64,000 nt of DNA from an uncultured Planctomycetota bacterium (GTDB taxonomy: Bacteria; Planctomycetota; Planctomycetia; Isosphaerales; Isosphaeraceae). The notes below the pieces were generated by a model. The model had not been told where the DNA came from. It saw only the letters and a program-made list of their open reading frames with translations, and did no database searches. How positions within the stretch are numbered: position 1 is the stretch's first letter; the number at the start of each line of letters is the position of its first letter. Position numbers and translations under genes: made by a program. This document shows positions 23,293-34,206 of the stretch, piece after piece. The stretch spans positions 1,472,001 through 1,536,000 of the forward strand of contig CAVTTN010000002.1 in NCBI GenBank assembly GCA_963737655.1, written 5' to 3'.

Positions 23293-24585
23293 CTACACCA
23301 GGCAAGCCAGCCTCTCCGATCCGGCTTCCGATTCCGCGTCGGCAAGCTCGCCACAGGCGGCCCCGGGGTCGTCCCGGTGGTGGAGGAGGTGCCCCTGGAT
23401 CTCGGCCGGGGTCCGCCCCGACCACGTCTCGGCGAACCCGTCGGCCCGCGACTCCTCGCCCGGGAAGAACCGGAGGAACAGCCGGCGGGCGACCGCGAAA
23501 TCGGCCGGGCCGAACCGGACCTCGCGATCAATCCGGCCCTTGCGGACCAGGGCCGGAGGCAGGTTCTCCGGGTGGTTGGCCGTCATCACGAGGATGCGGC
23601 CCTCGCCGGCGCCGAGGCCGTCCAGGGCGTTCAAGAGCACGTCCAGCGGCACCTGCTCCTCCTCGGGCCGGTCGAAGTGGCGGTCCACGTCTTCGAGGAC
23701 GAGGATCGCCCGCTCCGGGACGCACCGGAGGAGGTCCACCAGCCGATCCACCTCCGTCCGGGTGAACCCCGAGAGCGACAGCAACGCCAGGTCCAGCCCG
23801 AACTTCGCGGCCAGGGCCGAGACCGCCGTGGTCTTGCCCGTCCCCGGGCTCCCGGAGAACATCAGGCCGAGCCGATACGGCACCTGCCGGGCCTCGTACC
23901 ACGATCGGCCGTCCAGGAACGCGCCGACCTCTCCCAGGAGCGACTCGAGGATGCCATCGCGGAGGATCACCGAATCCGGAGTGCGGACCCTCGCCCGCCC
24001 CACGGGCGTCCAGCTCGAATAATCGGGCTCGAAGACCACGGCGCGGGGGTCGTCGGCCGGCAGGGCGGAATCGCGGGCGTCTTCCAGGAGGCCGCGGACG
24101 AACCCCCGGTCGAACGTCAGGGCCCGGAGGCTGATGACCTCCCGGGTCGCCAGCCGTTCCAACGGGCTCTCGCTCGTCGGCTGCTCTCGCGAGACGGCCA
24201 CGATCACCCCCCGATGGCGGATCCAGTGCGTCCCGTCCCCGGCCGTCAGGCGAATCCCCGGGCGCTCTCGTCGCGAGGAGGCGCCACCGTCCCCGCCGGG
24301 CTCGCCCGGGGCCGCCACCCTCCTCGCCACGTCGGCGCGGAGCTGGCCGCCTCGGCGGACGTCCGGATGGGTCGCCAGCCACGCCTCGACCCAGCCGAAG
24401 ACCTCCGAGTCCGACCTCACCTCGACCAGGACCGTCCACCTCCGCAACGCGGCCGACCACAGCCGGTTCGGGAGCTGCCGGGCCATCGCCACCAGCATCC
24501 CCAACGCCCCCAGGACCAGCCCCCCCGAAAGGAACGTGTTGCCCTCCAGGGCCGTTCGGATCGATTCGACAAGATGAAGACTCAT
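23293..24585 (-). CDS. BCS1-like AAA+ ATPase with N-terminal TM helix
   Basis: GNTFLSGGLVLG N-terminus; WYEARQVPYRLG, GSPGTGKT, LVLEDVD, MTANHPENL..ALVRKGRID. Confidence 0.8.
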   Translation of the reverse strand: MSLHLVESIRTALEGNTFLSGGLVLGALGMLVAMARQLPNRLWSAALRRWTVLVEVRSDSEVFGWVEAWLATHPDVRRGGQLRADVARRVAAPGEPGGDGGASSRRERPGIRLTAGDGTHWIRHRGVIVAVSREQPTSESPLERLATREVISLRALTFDRGFVRGLLEDARDSALPADDPRAVVFEPDYSSWTPVGRARVRTPDSVILRDGILESLLGEVGAFLDGRSWYEARQVPYRLGLMFSGSPGTGKTTAVSALAAKFGLDLALLSLSGFTRTEVDRLVDLLRCVPERAILVLEDVDRHFDRPEEEQVPLDVLLNALDGLGAGEGRILVMTANHPENLPPALVRKGRIDREVRFGPADFAVARRLFLRFFPGEESRADGFAETWSGRTPAEIQGHLLHHRDDPGAACGELADAESEAGSERLACLV

Positions 24586-24733
24586 GACCAACCCCCTCCG
24601 GGGCCACCCATCCCGATCGGTCCGCAAACCCCCCTCCGGACCATCCGATCCGAGCGGGGCGGACCCTCAGGACACCTCACCCCCCCGCCTCGGTTCGCCC
24701 GTTTCGGACGATCCGTCGAGCTTCGGTCGCGAT

Positions 24734-24803
24734 AGTATACAAAATTCGACTACGTGCCGTCAACCCGCAACCCTTTGACACCCGGCCCGCCCCCGGCCAC
24801 GAT
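24734..24803. promoter_or_regulatory. Divergent sigma70-like promoters
   Basis: Minus: TTGACG-18-TATACT (24763..24734); plus: TTGACA-17-CACGAT (24775..24803). Confidence 0.55.
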
Positions 24804-24853
24804 GGGGCGGCCTGGGCTGATCGCCGTCTTTCTCGAACCCGAGCGATTCCATC

Positions 24854-26187
24854 ATGTTCACCAGCGAACCGCCCCTCTCGCAGAGGATCGAGCGGATGAT
24901 CGAGCGGACGCCGATCGTCGATCCTCACACCCACATCCGCTGCGACCGCCCGAGCGCCCCGGACCTGGCGTCCCTGATGAGCTATCACTGGGTCAAGACC
25001 GAGTTGCTCGCCGTGGGGATGCCCGAGGCGGACCTCGACCCGGCCTTGCCCCCGGATGAGCGAGTCCGCCGGTCGATCCCGTTCCTCCGCCGGATGAGGA
25101 ACACGGCGATGGCCTGGTGCTTCTACCGGATCTTGCGGGATTTGTACGACTTCCACGACCCCCACATCACCGAGTCCAACTATCGGGAGATCTGCGACAA
25201 GGTCGAGGCCAGCGGCAAGGACCCGCAATGGCCCCTCCGCGTCCTCCGGGACCGCTGCAACGTCCGATGGGTCGTCACCAGCCTCGGCAACAAGAGCGCC
25301 GACGAGTCGAAGAACCCGGATTTCGTCTCGTTCATGCTCGACGCCCATTACCTGTTCTGCCCGGGGGTCGCCACCGACCTGGAGCCGTTCTTCGTCGGCC
25401 GGACGCGGAAGGCGGAGTACGGGAACGCGCTGTTTACGCTTCTTGGGAACGAATGGCCGACGTCCAGTGAGCGGATGGAGCGGGTGGTGGGCGAATGGCT
25501 CGACCGGACCGTCACCGGCAAGACCACCTTCACCAACACCTTCATCCCGATCGAGCAACGGTTCGGCCCCATCGACGAGTCCCGCGTCTCGGCCGCGCTC
25601 AACCGAGGGCCGGGCGACCCGGACATGGCCGATGCGGACGTGGACGCCCTCTCCCGGTTCGTCTCCCGGGCGGTCTTGCGGTGGCATCACGACCATAAAA
25701 AAGCGGTGCAGATCGCCGTGGGGGCCGAGTACTTCATCTGCGACGGCAAGAGCATCCCCAGGTTCCAGGAGACCTGGACGAGCGAGATGGCCCGGTCGTT
25801 CCACGAGTTCCGGGCGCGAGGTTCGACCTCATGATGGCCTCGGACGTCCTCTCGCACGAGGTCGCCGTCCTGGCCCGGCAGTTCCCGAACGTGTATGCCT
25901 CGGGCTACTGGTGGCACAACTTCTTCCCGATCACGATCGAGAAGATCGTCGGCCTCCGGACCCAGGTCGCGCCGATGGCGAAGTGGTCGGGATTCCTGTG
26001 CGACGCCTATTACGTCGAATGGACCTACGGCAAGCTCCAGGTGGTCAAGAAGGCGATGGCCGCGGCGCTGGCGAGGCTGGTGGAGGCGGGGTTCTCCGAG
26101 GAGGAAGACCTCCCGCCTCTCCTCCGGCAAGTCCTCCACGACACCCCGAGGGACCTCTACGACCTGCCGATCGCGTCGGGTGCATGA
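24854..26187 (+). CDS. Amidohydrolase-fold glucuronate isomerase (UxaC)-like protein (frameshift near 25812)
   Basis: IVDPHTH metal motif; second half NVYASGYWWH, FLCDAYYVEW in another frame. Confidence 0.7.
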
Positions 26188-26188
26188 C

Positions 26189-26902
26189 ATGCCCCGCCTT
26201 CGCTCTCCAACCTCCCGGCTCCCGACGGTGGCGGTGATCGTCCCCACGCTGAACGAGGCGGGCACGATCGAGGCATGCTTGAGGAACCTCGCCGCCCAGG
26301 AAGCCGACGAGGTCGTGGTCGTCGATGCCGACAGCCCCGACGGCACGGCCGACCTCGCGCGATCGTGCGGGGCCCGGGTCCTCCGCTCGTCTCGGGGCCG
26401 AGGCGCCGAGCAGAACGAGGGGGCCCGGGCCTCGTCGTCCGAGATCCTCCTGTTCCTCCACGCCGACGGCCGGCTCGACCCCGGGGCGATCGCCTCCCTC
26501 CGCAGGTACGCCGCCCGCCACCCCAAGATCCCGGGCGGATGCTTCCGGATGAGGGTCGAGGCCCCCGACCCGGCCTTCCGGCTGATCGACGCCTCGGCGC
26601 ACCTGAGGGCCGGAATCCTGGGCATCCCCTACGGAGACCAGGGGATCTTCGCCCGCCGAACCGCATTCCAGGCCGTCGGAGGCTTCCCCGAGATCCGCCT
26701 GATGGACGACGCGATCCTCGCCCTCCGGCTCCGAAGGCTCGGCCGTCTCGCGCTGCTCTCGCCCACGATCCACGCCTCGCCCCGGAGATGGAAGGCGAAA
26801 GGGCTGATCCGCCAGACCCTCCTCAACTGGGCCCTGACGGCCCTCGCCACCCTCGGAACCCCGCCAGACCGCCTGGCCCGGTTCTATGAGGCGGTGCGGT
26901 GA
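26189..26902 (+). CDS. GT2 glycosyltransferase, TIGR04283-like
   Basis: IVPTLNE, LFLHAD, GIPYGDQGIF, SPRRW. Confidence 0.85.
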   Translation: MPRLRSPTSRLPTVAVIVPTLNEAGTIEACLRNLAAQEADEVVVVDADSPDGTADLARSCGARVLRSSRGRGAEQNEGARASSSEILLFLHADGRLDPGAIASLRRYAARHPKIPGGCFRMRVEAPDPAFRLIDASAHLRAGILGIPYGDQGIFARRTAFQAVGGFPEIRLMDDAILALRLRRLGRLALLSPTIHASPRRWKAKGLIRQTLLNWALTALATLGTPPDRLARFYEAVR

Positions 26903-27049
26903 GCGGGGGATCGGTGTCCACAGGTCATGTGCTGCATGCTCAGATGAACCGAGAACACAAATTTTCCCCATTGCGACGCAATGACCTAATTAGACCTTAA
27001 CTCGGCCGCTTCATCCCGCAAGTCCGGCATGAATTCGGTTTTTTTCAGC

Positions 27050-27077
27050 TTGACAAGGGGGGGGCAGCGGCTAAGGT
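27050..27077 (+). promoter_or_regulatory. Candidate sigma70 promoter for the PEP-CTERM gene
   Basis: TTGACA-16-TAAGGT preceded by a T-tract. Confidence 0.45.
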
Positions 27078-27214
27078 CTCGCTCGCTTGAAGGCGGTCAT
27101 GGATGGCCGGGCCTCCCGCAGAGGCGTCGGCCGGGAAAATTGCCACCTTCGAGCGGCGTTTCAGGCGTTGGCCGAATTGATCGCCCATTGATCCAAACCC
27201 AGGGAGGCGCAGGG

Positions 27215-27877
27215 ATGCACGGCGTGAAGAAATGGATGAACATCGGGGGCCTCTTGCTTGGCGCCGGGATCTTTGCGTATGGCGATCGCACGGCCGAGGC
27301 CGGGGCGATGGCAAATCCCGTCATCTATCAGACCTCCGGGGTCGTCTACTCCGACTCGACCGAGATCACGCCCGGAGGCCAAACCAACAGTGATCCGTAC
27401 ATCGGATTCCAGGGCGTCGTCAACGGGACGTCCGACCTGCCCGGCCCGTTCACTCTCGGGCAATTCGTGCTGACCCTCCCGCCGACCGGCGCGTCGAAGG
27501 ATTATTTGAATACGCCTTTCATTGTTCAGGTCGATTTCGGTGGGTCGTCGTCGATTGGTCCGACCGAGAGCCTCACGCTTTTCGGTCAATTGAATGGCGT
27601 CCTGACCGGCGACGCCTCCTCGACGCTCCAGGCCACGGTCAGCCGGATCGAGCTGTTCAGCCCGCTCGACACGACTCCGTCGAAAGGGGCGCTGTTTCCT
27701 GTCGGGGATTTCCGCGTCTTGGGTCCGAGCGAGTTCGCGATCAATCCGGGGAATGGGAATCCGGTGGTCCAGGCGGAGGTCGTCCCCGAGCCGGCGTCCT
27801 GCGCGACCATCCTCGTCTCGTTGGGCTGGTTGGTCCTCGCGCGGTCCCGCCGTCGGAAAAATGCGACCTCATCTTAA
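27215..27877 (+). CDS. PEP-CTERM surface protein
   Basis: GGAGG RBS; signal peptide ending AEA; VVPEPAS + TM + RSRRRK. Confidence 0.8.
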   Translation: MHGVKKWMNIGGLLLGAGIFAYGDRTAEAGAMANPVIYQTSGVVYSDSTEITPGGQTNSDPYIGFQGVVNGTSDLPGPFTLGQFVLTLPPTGASKDYLNTPFIVQVDFGGSSSIGPTESLTLFGQLNGVLTGDASSTLQATVSRIELFSPLDTTPSKGALFPVGDFRVLGPSEFAINPGNGNPVVQAEVVPEPASCATILVSLGWLVLARSRRRKNATSS

Positions 27878-27992
27878 TAAGATACCCGAGCGTCTTTTTC
27901 GCCCCTGTCGGGCAGTGACGGGGGCATGTTCGACTTCCAAGAATCCGTCATCGACGTAACGCTTGCTTCAACACCAACATGAGGTCGCACCG

Positions 27993-30194
27993 ATGAAACG
28001 ACGAACCTCCAGGCAGTTCGCGTTCACCACCCGCTTCGAGGGTCTAGAGCACCGTGCATTACTCACAACATTAGTCGCCGAAATCGACACTGGCGTCGAT
28101 GAGTCTTCGACGTCGGCGGACCTGAACTACTACGCCCTCTCCACCGGCTACAATGCGTACACCCTCCAGTCGGTCGCACAGACCAACAATCCGAACATCG
28201 TGCAGGACGGAACGATCAATGGTGGCTACGGGCCAGGCCATGGATCGGCAGTCGCCGACGTGATTGTCCGGGCTATCCAAGACGCGGCCAGCATCAGTGG
28301 GGTGAGCAATGCGGCAAGTAACGTGAAGATCATGCCGATCGTTGCTCAAGATGGGTATGACAATATCGCCCCGAGCGCCGTCATTGAGGGGATCTACTAC
28401 GCCGCCGATCACGGTGCTTCAATCATCAACCTCAGCTTGGCAGGCAATGGCGGTTTCAGTGACTCGAATCCGAACGGGAGTCACTACGGCTCGACCATCA
28501 CCGATGCCATCAATTATGCGGCTTCCAAGAATGTCGTGGTCGTTACGGCCGCTGGGAACGGGGAGGACGGCAATGGTCCTGGAGAGGACATCGAAGCTGA
28601 TCCCTGGTTCAAGCCTTATCCGGCTTGGGTTCATACCGCGAATATGATCGTCACAGCGGCGATCGATAAAACAACGGGCAAACTTGGATCGCTCTCGAAC
28701 TGGGGGGCCGTCCACGTCGATCTCGGGGCACCGACCCCGGGGGTCGAGATTAAGACGTCATTCTCAACAGCCTACACGACAGGGATCGCCGGGGTCGTCG
28801 CCGCCCTGTCGGGGAACTCGTCCACGGGCAATCCGGTCTCCGCGACGCAGATCGTCCAGGACATCACCAACACGGTCACGCCCTATACGCAAACGGTCGC
28901 CACGAAGTGGTGTACGACGAACGGCAATATCAATCCGGCCGCCGCCTTCGCCGCCGTCGCCCCGTCCGCGCCATCAGTCCCGGCAAACCTTACTGCCGTC
29001 GCCTATTCCAGCAAGGCGGTCTCGGTCTCCTGGAGCCCCGTGGCCGGCGCCACGTCCTACACGCTCCAGCGGAGCACGTCGGCGAGTTTCTCCAGCCCCG
29101 TGAATGTCTCCTTGACCTCGCCGACAAGCACCTCCGCCCTCGACATCGGACGGAACGCGACGACGACCTACTATTATCGCGTGAACGCCACCGTCGGCGG
29201 CCAGACCTCGGCATTCTCGACTGCGTCCCAGGCCACGACGACCAACCGGGCCGTGGGCGACTTCGACGGTGATGGCAAGACCGACTTGGCGGTCTTTTCC
29301 AGTTCCACCGGGACGATCAAGTATCGGCCCTCCGGGGGCGGGGCCGACGTGACGGTCTCGAACTTCACGATCCCCGCCGGGGATACCCCCGTCGTGGCCG
29401 ATTACGACGGCGACGGCCGGGCCGACGTCGGGTACGTCTACTCTGACGCGAACAACACCTATTTCGTTTGGAAGCAGTCGAGCGACGGCACGACCCAGAC
29501 CCGGACTTTCGGCCCGAGCGGATGCAGCCCGCTCGTCGGCGACTTCGACGGCGATGGCAAGGACGACCTGGCGATCTTCAAGTCGAGCGGCGGGACGGAC
29601 TACTTCAACTACTTCTCGTCGGCCGGCAACACGGTCATCTCTTTCACCTACCCTGATTCGCCCGTGCTCACGCCCATCGTGGCCGACTTCGACGGCGACG
29701 GCCGGAGCGATCTCGGCCTGTTCTGGACCGACTCCCAGGGCGGACACCTCAAATACCATCCGTCCAGCGCCGGGGCCGACGAGTCGCACGACGTCACGTC
29801 CGGGGCGTTCGGCGCGTCGGACGGCGCCCCGCTGGTGGGCGACTTCGACGGCGACGGCAAGGCTGACCTCGCCGTCTATGTCGTCCGCAACGGCCAGTAT
29901 TACATCAACTACTTCTCGACGAAGAACAACAAGCCGGTCGGCTTCAACTGGGGCAACGCGTCCTATCAGATCGCCACGGGCGACTTCGACGGCGACGGCG
30001 TGACGGACGTTCTCCAGTACGACCAAAGCGGGGCGAACGCCTACGAGATGAAGTCCTCCCAGAACGCCGACTTCTTCGCCAACAACGCGAACCTCGGCAA
30101 CAACGAGACGCCGGCGATCGCGCCGCCAATCTCTTTCGGCCTAACGAACGACACCCCGCAACTCCTCGTTTCGGCCCCCCGGAAGCGATCCTGA
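27993..30194 (+). CDS. Secreted S8 subtilase + FN3 + FG-GAP repeat protein
   Basis: Planctomycete-type FEGLEHRALL signal; IDTG, GHGS, AAGN, TSFS; repeated GDFDGDG. Confidence 0.85.
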   Translation: MKRRTSRQFAFTTRFEGLEHRALLTTLVAEIDTGVDESSTSADLNYYALSTGYNAYTLQSVAQTNNPNIVQDGTINGGYGPGHGSAVADVIVRAIQDAASISGVSNAASNVKIMPIVAQDGYDNIAPSAVIEGIYYAADHGASIINLSLAGNGGFSDSNPNGSHYGSTITDAINYAASKNVVVVTAAGNGEDGNGPGEDIEADPWFKPYPAWVHTANMIVTAAIDKTTGKLGSLSNWGAVHVDLGAPTPGVEIKTSFSTAYTTGIAGVVAALSGNSSTGNPVSATQIVQDITNTVTPYTQTVATKWCTTNGNINPAAAFAAVAPSAPSVPANLTAVAYSSKAVSVSWSPVAGATSYTLQRSTSASFSSPVNVSLTSPTSTSALDIGRNATTTYYYRVNATVGGQTSAFSTASQATTTNRAVGDFDGDGKTDLAVFSSSTGTIKYRPSGGGADVTVSNFTIPAGDTPVVADYDGDGRADVGYVYSDANNTYFVWKQSSDGTTQTRTFGPSGCSPLVGDFDGDGKDDLAIFKSSGGTDYFNYFSSAGNTVISFTYPDSPVLTPIVADFDGDGRSDLGLFWTDSQGGHLKYHPSSAGADESHDVTSGAFGASDGAPLVGDFDGDGKADLAVYVVRNGQYYINYFSTKNNKPVGFNWGNASYQIATGDFDGDGVTDVLQYDQSGANAYEMKSSQNADFFANNANLGNNETPAIAPPISFGLTNDTPQLLVSAPRKRS

Positions 30195-30225
30195 GATCGA
30201 CCGATGGCATTCGGCATTCGGGATA

Positions 30226-30318
30226 TCCCTAAATATTGCCGCAATCTGGGGGACTTGGTGAGATATGAGACCGTAATCCACGGAGCAGAGATGTCCTCCC
30301 ATTTCTCTTTGCGGGGAT
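30226..30318. repeat. Dispersed intergenic element, longest copy
   Basis: Left half matches 39120-39164; right half matches 34534-34593. Confidence 0.75.
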
Positions 30319-30471
30319 AGAAATGGAGACCTCAGTCATTTAGCAAGGCGTCTGGCGGAACGGGATCGAAACAAGACTCGAGATGGAATCGTCCATCTCC
30401 CCCCAGACCTCCGGGTGATTCAGCGAGGCCCCCGTTTCTCCTCTCGGACCCTTGCTCCGGCTTCGTCGCGC

Positions 30472-31884
30472 TCAACTGGTTGCGTGAGGGGGGATGCAAT
30501 TCGTGACCGGTGCCCCTGTTGGGTCGACCCCAACTCGGGGAGAGTTGCGTCTCTGGCGGAGGAGAGGTCCGTCGGCTCGGCCGGTGATCAGGCGGGCCCC
30601 GCGATCGTAGGTCACGTACGACCAGGCCCACTGGATCATCACCAGCAGGCGGGTGCGGAAGCCGATCAGGAACAGAACGTGGACGAACAACCAGAGCAGC
30701 CAGGCGGGCAATCCACTGAGTTGGAGGCGACCGAGCTTGGCGACGGCGGCGGCCCGGCCGATCGCGGCCAGGTTCCCCTTGTCGACGTAACGGAACGGCC
30801 GTCGCGGCGATCCGGCGAGGGTCCGCAGGATGTTTCGCGCCGCGTGTCGGCCTTGCTGGGCGGCGGCCGGGGCCACGCCCGGGATCGGCCGGCCGTCCTG
30901 GGCAAAGTGCGCGAGGTCGCCGATGGCGTAGACGTCCTCGCGGCCGGGGATCGTCAGGTCGGGGTCGACAAGCACGCGGCCGGACCGATCGAGCGGGACG
31001 CGGAGGCTGGCGGCCAGCGGTGATGCCGCCACGCCGGCCGCCCAGAGCACGGTTCGCGCGGGAATCCTCACGGCGCCGGGGCCCTGGCCGACGGTGACCC
31101 CCTGGGCGTCGATCGCCGTCACGCGCATGTTCCGGCGCACGTGGACGCCCAGCCGGGTGAGTTGCCGACGCGCCGCCTCCGAGAGCTTCTCGGGGAACGA
31201 GGTCAGGAGGCGTGGGCCGCTGTTCAGGAGGATGACCCGGGCCGAGGCCGAATTGATGTGCCGGAAGTCGCTGGCGAGCGTCTTGCGGGCGACCTCGGCC
31301 AGGGCGCCGGCCAACTCGACGCCCGTCGGGCCGCCGCCCACGATGACGAAGGTCATCCAGGCCTGTCGTCGCTCGACGTCGGTCTCGCGCTCGGCGATCT
31401 CGAATGCGAGGAGCAGGCGCTTGCGGATCTCCAGGGCGTCGCCGAGGCCCTTGAGCCCCGGTGCGTGCGGCCCCCATTCGTCGCGGCCGAAGTAGGAGTG
31501 CGTGGCGCCCGCCGCGAGGATCAATACGTCATAAGCAATGTCGCCGTCGCTGAGGATCACGCGCCTGCCGGGGACGTCCACCGCCGTCACGTCGGCCAGG
31601 ACGACTTCGACGTTCGACTGTCGGCCCAGGATTCGCCGGATCGGCGCCGCGATGTCGCTGGGGCTCAACAGGGCGGTGGCCACCTGGTAGAGCAACGGCT
31701 GGAACAGATGATGATTCGAGCGGTCGATGACGGTGACGGAGACCGCCTTGCCCCGGAAGGCCTTCGCCGCGCTCAAGCCGCCGAACCCCGCGCCGACGAT
31801 GACCACCCGGGGCCTCGCCCCGCTGAGCATCCGGTGCGGCGGCTGCATTCCGTGCCGGTCGTGTCGCGTGAATTGAATATTCAT
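30472..31884 (-). CDS. ndh: Type II NADH dehydrogenase (NDH-2)
   Basis: GAGFGG, FQPLLYQVAT, GGGPTGVELAG, AIGD, YVDKGNLAAIGR; start uncertain. Confidence 0.85.
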   Translation of the reverse strand: MNIQFTRHDRHGMQPPHRMLSGARPRVVIVGAGFGGLSAAKAFRGKAVSVTVIDRSNHHLFQPLLYQVATALLSPSDIAAPIRRILGRQSNVEVVLADVTAVDVPGRRVILSDGDIAYDVLILAAGATHSYFGRDEWGPHAPGLKGLGDALEIRKRLLLAFEIAERETDVERRQAWMTFVIVGGGPTGVELAGALAEVARKTLASDFRHINSASARVILLNSGPRLLTSFPEKLSEAARRQLTRLGVHVRRNMRVTAIDAQGVTVGQGPGAVRIPARTVLWAAGVAASPLAASLRVPLDRSGRVLVDPDLTIPGREDVYAIGDLAHFAQDGRPIPGVAPAAAQQGRHAARNILRTLAGSPRRPFRYVDKGNLAAIGRAAAVAKLGRLQLSGLPAWLLWLFVHVLFLIGFRTRLLVMIQWAWSYVTYDRGARLITGRADGPLLRQRRNSPRVGVDPTGAPVTNCIPPHATS

Positions 31885-32432
31885 GGGCCGGATTGTAGCT
31901 CGGGTTCGGCCCCCGTGAATCCGAAACTCGACGAGAAAAAGATTCCCGGAAAACCGACGAAATGGCGCGCGCTCCGAGGTGCGTACTACGTTGTTATCAG
32001 CCCATGAGGATGTTCCGGGATGGGGGGCGTCACCTTGCGAAACGGGTCACGAACCACGCAAACGCGGCGGATTGTCGGGTGGCGGCGGAGCGAGGTGAGG
32101 CGAGGCGAGGCGAAAATCGCCGCCCATCCGCGTGGCCTCCCGCAGCTCGCTCTCGCGGACCTGAATCGGCTAGCCGTCGGCGAGGGCCCGCGTGACCATC
32201 TTGGTAAGATTTTGACATAAGTATTATCTTGAATAGCATGGGGGCATCGCTGAAGGCATGGGGACATTCCTGCTCTGGAGAGAAGGTTCGGGTTCGGTAC
32301 CGTCGAATGGCTTCGCGACGTCGCGAAGCCTGAGAAATAGGGCGTCTCCTGCGTTGAAATTGGCCGATGCATCCCCGAAACCGGACCGGTTCTCCAGAGC
32401 ACTCTGGATCCTGACCCGTTTCGGCTCTTGAC

Positions 32433-33290
32433 TCAACTTGCCGGGGATTCCGCCACTTCCTCTCGATCCGCATGGCCGGGCTTGGCCGTCGGGAACATCG
32501 GGTAGACCAGTTGATCGACCAGCGCCTCCGGCACCTGGGCCTTGATCCCGTAGTCCTTGGGCCATTCCCCGGGGAGGTAGAGCGACCCGAAGAGGCCGTC
32601 GAGCCAGGGGAAGTTGGACGAATAGTTCCGGTTGATCGGGCCGGATTTCGTGTGGTGCCAGTGGTGGAACGCGGGGGTGGCGACCAGCCATTCCAGGGGC
32701 CCGAACCGACATCTCAGGTTCGAATGGATGAAGAACCCCCAGGACGTGCCGATCAGGGTGACCGCCACCGGCACCACGGTCCCTTCCAGCCTCGACGGTC
32801 CGCCCAGGCCCAGGAGGTAGATCGGCACCAGCCCGCAGAACCGGCCGAAGACCAGATCCAGGGGGTGGGCCCGGGTGTGGACGAGGAAGTCCATCTCCTC
32901 GGCGCTGTGGTGGATCGCGTGGAACCGCCAGAGCCACGGGACCTCGTGGCTCCAGCGATGGCCCCAGTAATAGCCCACCTCCCCCGCCACCAGGCCGCCG
33001 ATCATCCTCGCTCCCAGGGGCCACGCGGCCGTCGCCTCCAGGAACCCCGCCGGGACCACGCGATGGACGGCCCACGCAACCGCGGAGATCGGCACGCCCA
33101 GCAGCAGGGCGGGCAAGAGGCTATTGAGGAAGTAATAGCCCAGATCGGTGAGAATTCCCCGGCGCCAGACTTTCTTGGGGTGGACGGCCAGGAGCCGCTC
33201 CAGAGGGACGAACACCGCGACCAGGCCGATCAGCCACAAGGATAGCCGGAACAGGTCGATCCAGAGCGGCGACATCGTCGGGCCCCTCAT
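32433..33290 (-). CDS. Sterol desaturase / fatty-acid hydroxylase family membrane enzyme
   Basis: His boxes HRWSH, HAIHH, FIHSN, HHWHH. Confidence 0.9.
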   Translation of the reverse strand: MRGPTMSPLWIDLFRLSLWLIGLVAVFVPLERLLAVHPKKVWRRGILTDLGYYFLNSLLPALLLGVPISAVAWAVHRVVPAGFLEATAAWPLGARMIGGLVAGEVGYYWGHRWSHEVPWLWRFHAIHHSAEEMDFLVHTRAHPLDLVFGRFCGLVPIYLLGLGGPSRLEGTVVPVAVTLIGTSWGFFIHSNLRCRFGPLEWLVATPAFHHWHHTKSGPINRNYSSNFPWLDGLFGSLYLPGEWPKDYGIKAQVPEALVDQLVYPMFPTAKPGHADREEVAESPAS

Positions 33291-33387
33291 CGCATTCGTC
33301 CCGCCCGGCGGACGCCTCGGGGGTCGAGGCCGGGCGGGCCATCCCTCCTCGATCGCCAATCGAACCGATCTTGAGAATCGGCCAGGA

Positions 33388-34206
33388 TCAGGCCGACGTC
33401 GCCTTGTTCCGGGCCTTCAGCCGGCGGGCCGCGCCCACGCCGAACAGGCCCACCGCCACCAGCGACAGCGTGGCCGGCTCCGGCACGGCGTTGAGCTTCA
33501 CGCCGTCCAGGAGGAGGAACGGGGGACCACCGTAGGGGCCGCCCTCGGTCGCCAGGAAGGAGAGGACGTCGCTGGAGTTGTCCGCCGTGAACGTCATCGT
33601 CGCGGTCATCCACGGGACGAACCCGCCCGGCGAGGGCAGTTGCACCATCGTGGTCGATTGGGTCTGCCCGCCGAAGCTGACCTGCCATTGCGCCGTCGGA
33701 GTGCCCCCGGCCCCCGCTTGCTGGGCCAGGGCCCAGTAGAAGGTGAGCTCGTAACTGTGGCCGGTGGTCAGGCCGTGGACGGTCTGTTCAATCACCCCGT
33801 TGTACCGCGTATCGCCGTCGGCGCCGACGAACTGGCCGCCGTCGGGGCTGGCCGTCAGCCCGTTATTGAAGCCATTGCCCGGGCCCCGACACGCGATCCC
33901 GCCGTTGTACCCGACCACGCCGGTCGAGCTGGCCGTCGCCGGCGCGAACACGAAATTGTAGCCAGTCGAGGCCGTGTAATCCGTGTCGGGCGACGACCAG
34001 CCGGTGGCCACCGTGTTGTACCCGAGCTGGCCGATGCCTCCACTTCCCGGGAGGCCCGGATCGCTGTTCGGGTAGTTCGGCGGGGTGACGTTCGAGGTGT
34101 CCTCGAAACTCCCGTTGACGATCAGGTCCGCCCGGACGACGCCCATCGAACCCATCGTCAGCCCGAGGGCGAAGACCGCGATCATGGCCAGTGTTTTGCG
34201 GGTCAT
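33388..34206 (-). CDS. PEP-CTERM protein with a DUF642-like jelly-roll domain
   Basis: Signal peptide, DLIVNGSFE, LLDGV, VPEPATL + TM + RRLK. Confidence 0.85.
   Translation of the reverse strand: MTRKTLAMIAVFALGLTMGSMGVVRADLIVNGSFEDTSNVTPPNYPNSDPGLPGSGGIGQLGYNTVATGWSSPDTDYTASTGYNFVFAPATASSTGVVGYNGGIACRGPGNGFNNGLTASPDGGQFVGADGDTRYNGVIEQTVHGLTTGHSYELTFYWALAQQAGAGGTPTAQWQVSFGGQTQSTTMVQLPSPGGFVPWMTATMTFTADNSSDVLSFLATEGGPYGGPPFLLLDGVKLNAVPEPATLSLVAVGLFGVGAARRLKARNKATSA

Noticed and set aside
19442..23531. 1205-aa plus-strand and 1349-aa minus-strand ORFs
   Set aside because: Shadow frames of the GC-rich kinase; only the last 170 aa of the latter is the real ECF
31885..32432. ORFs or ncRNA in the gap between ndh and the desaturase
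   Set aside because: No recognisable motif, codon bias or structure that I can support
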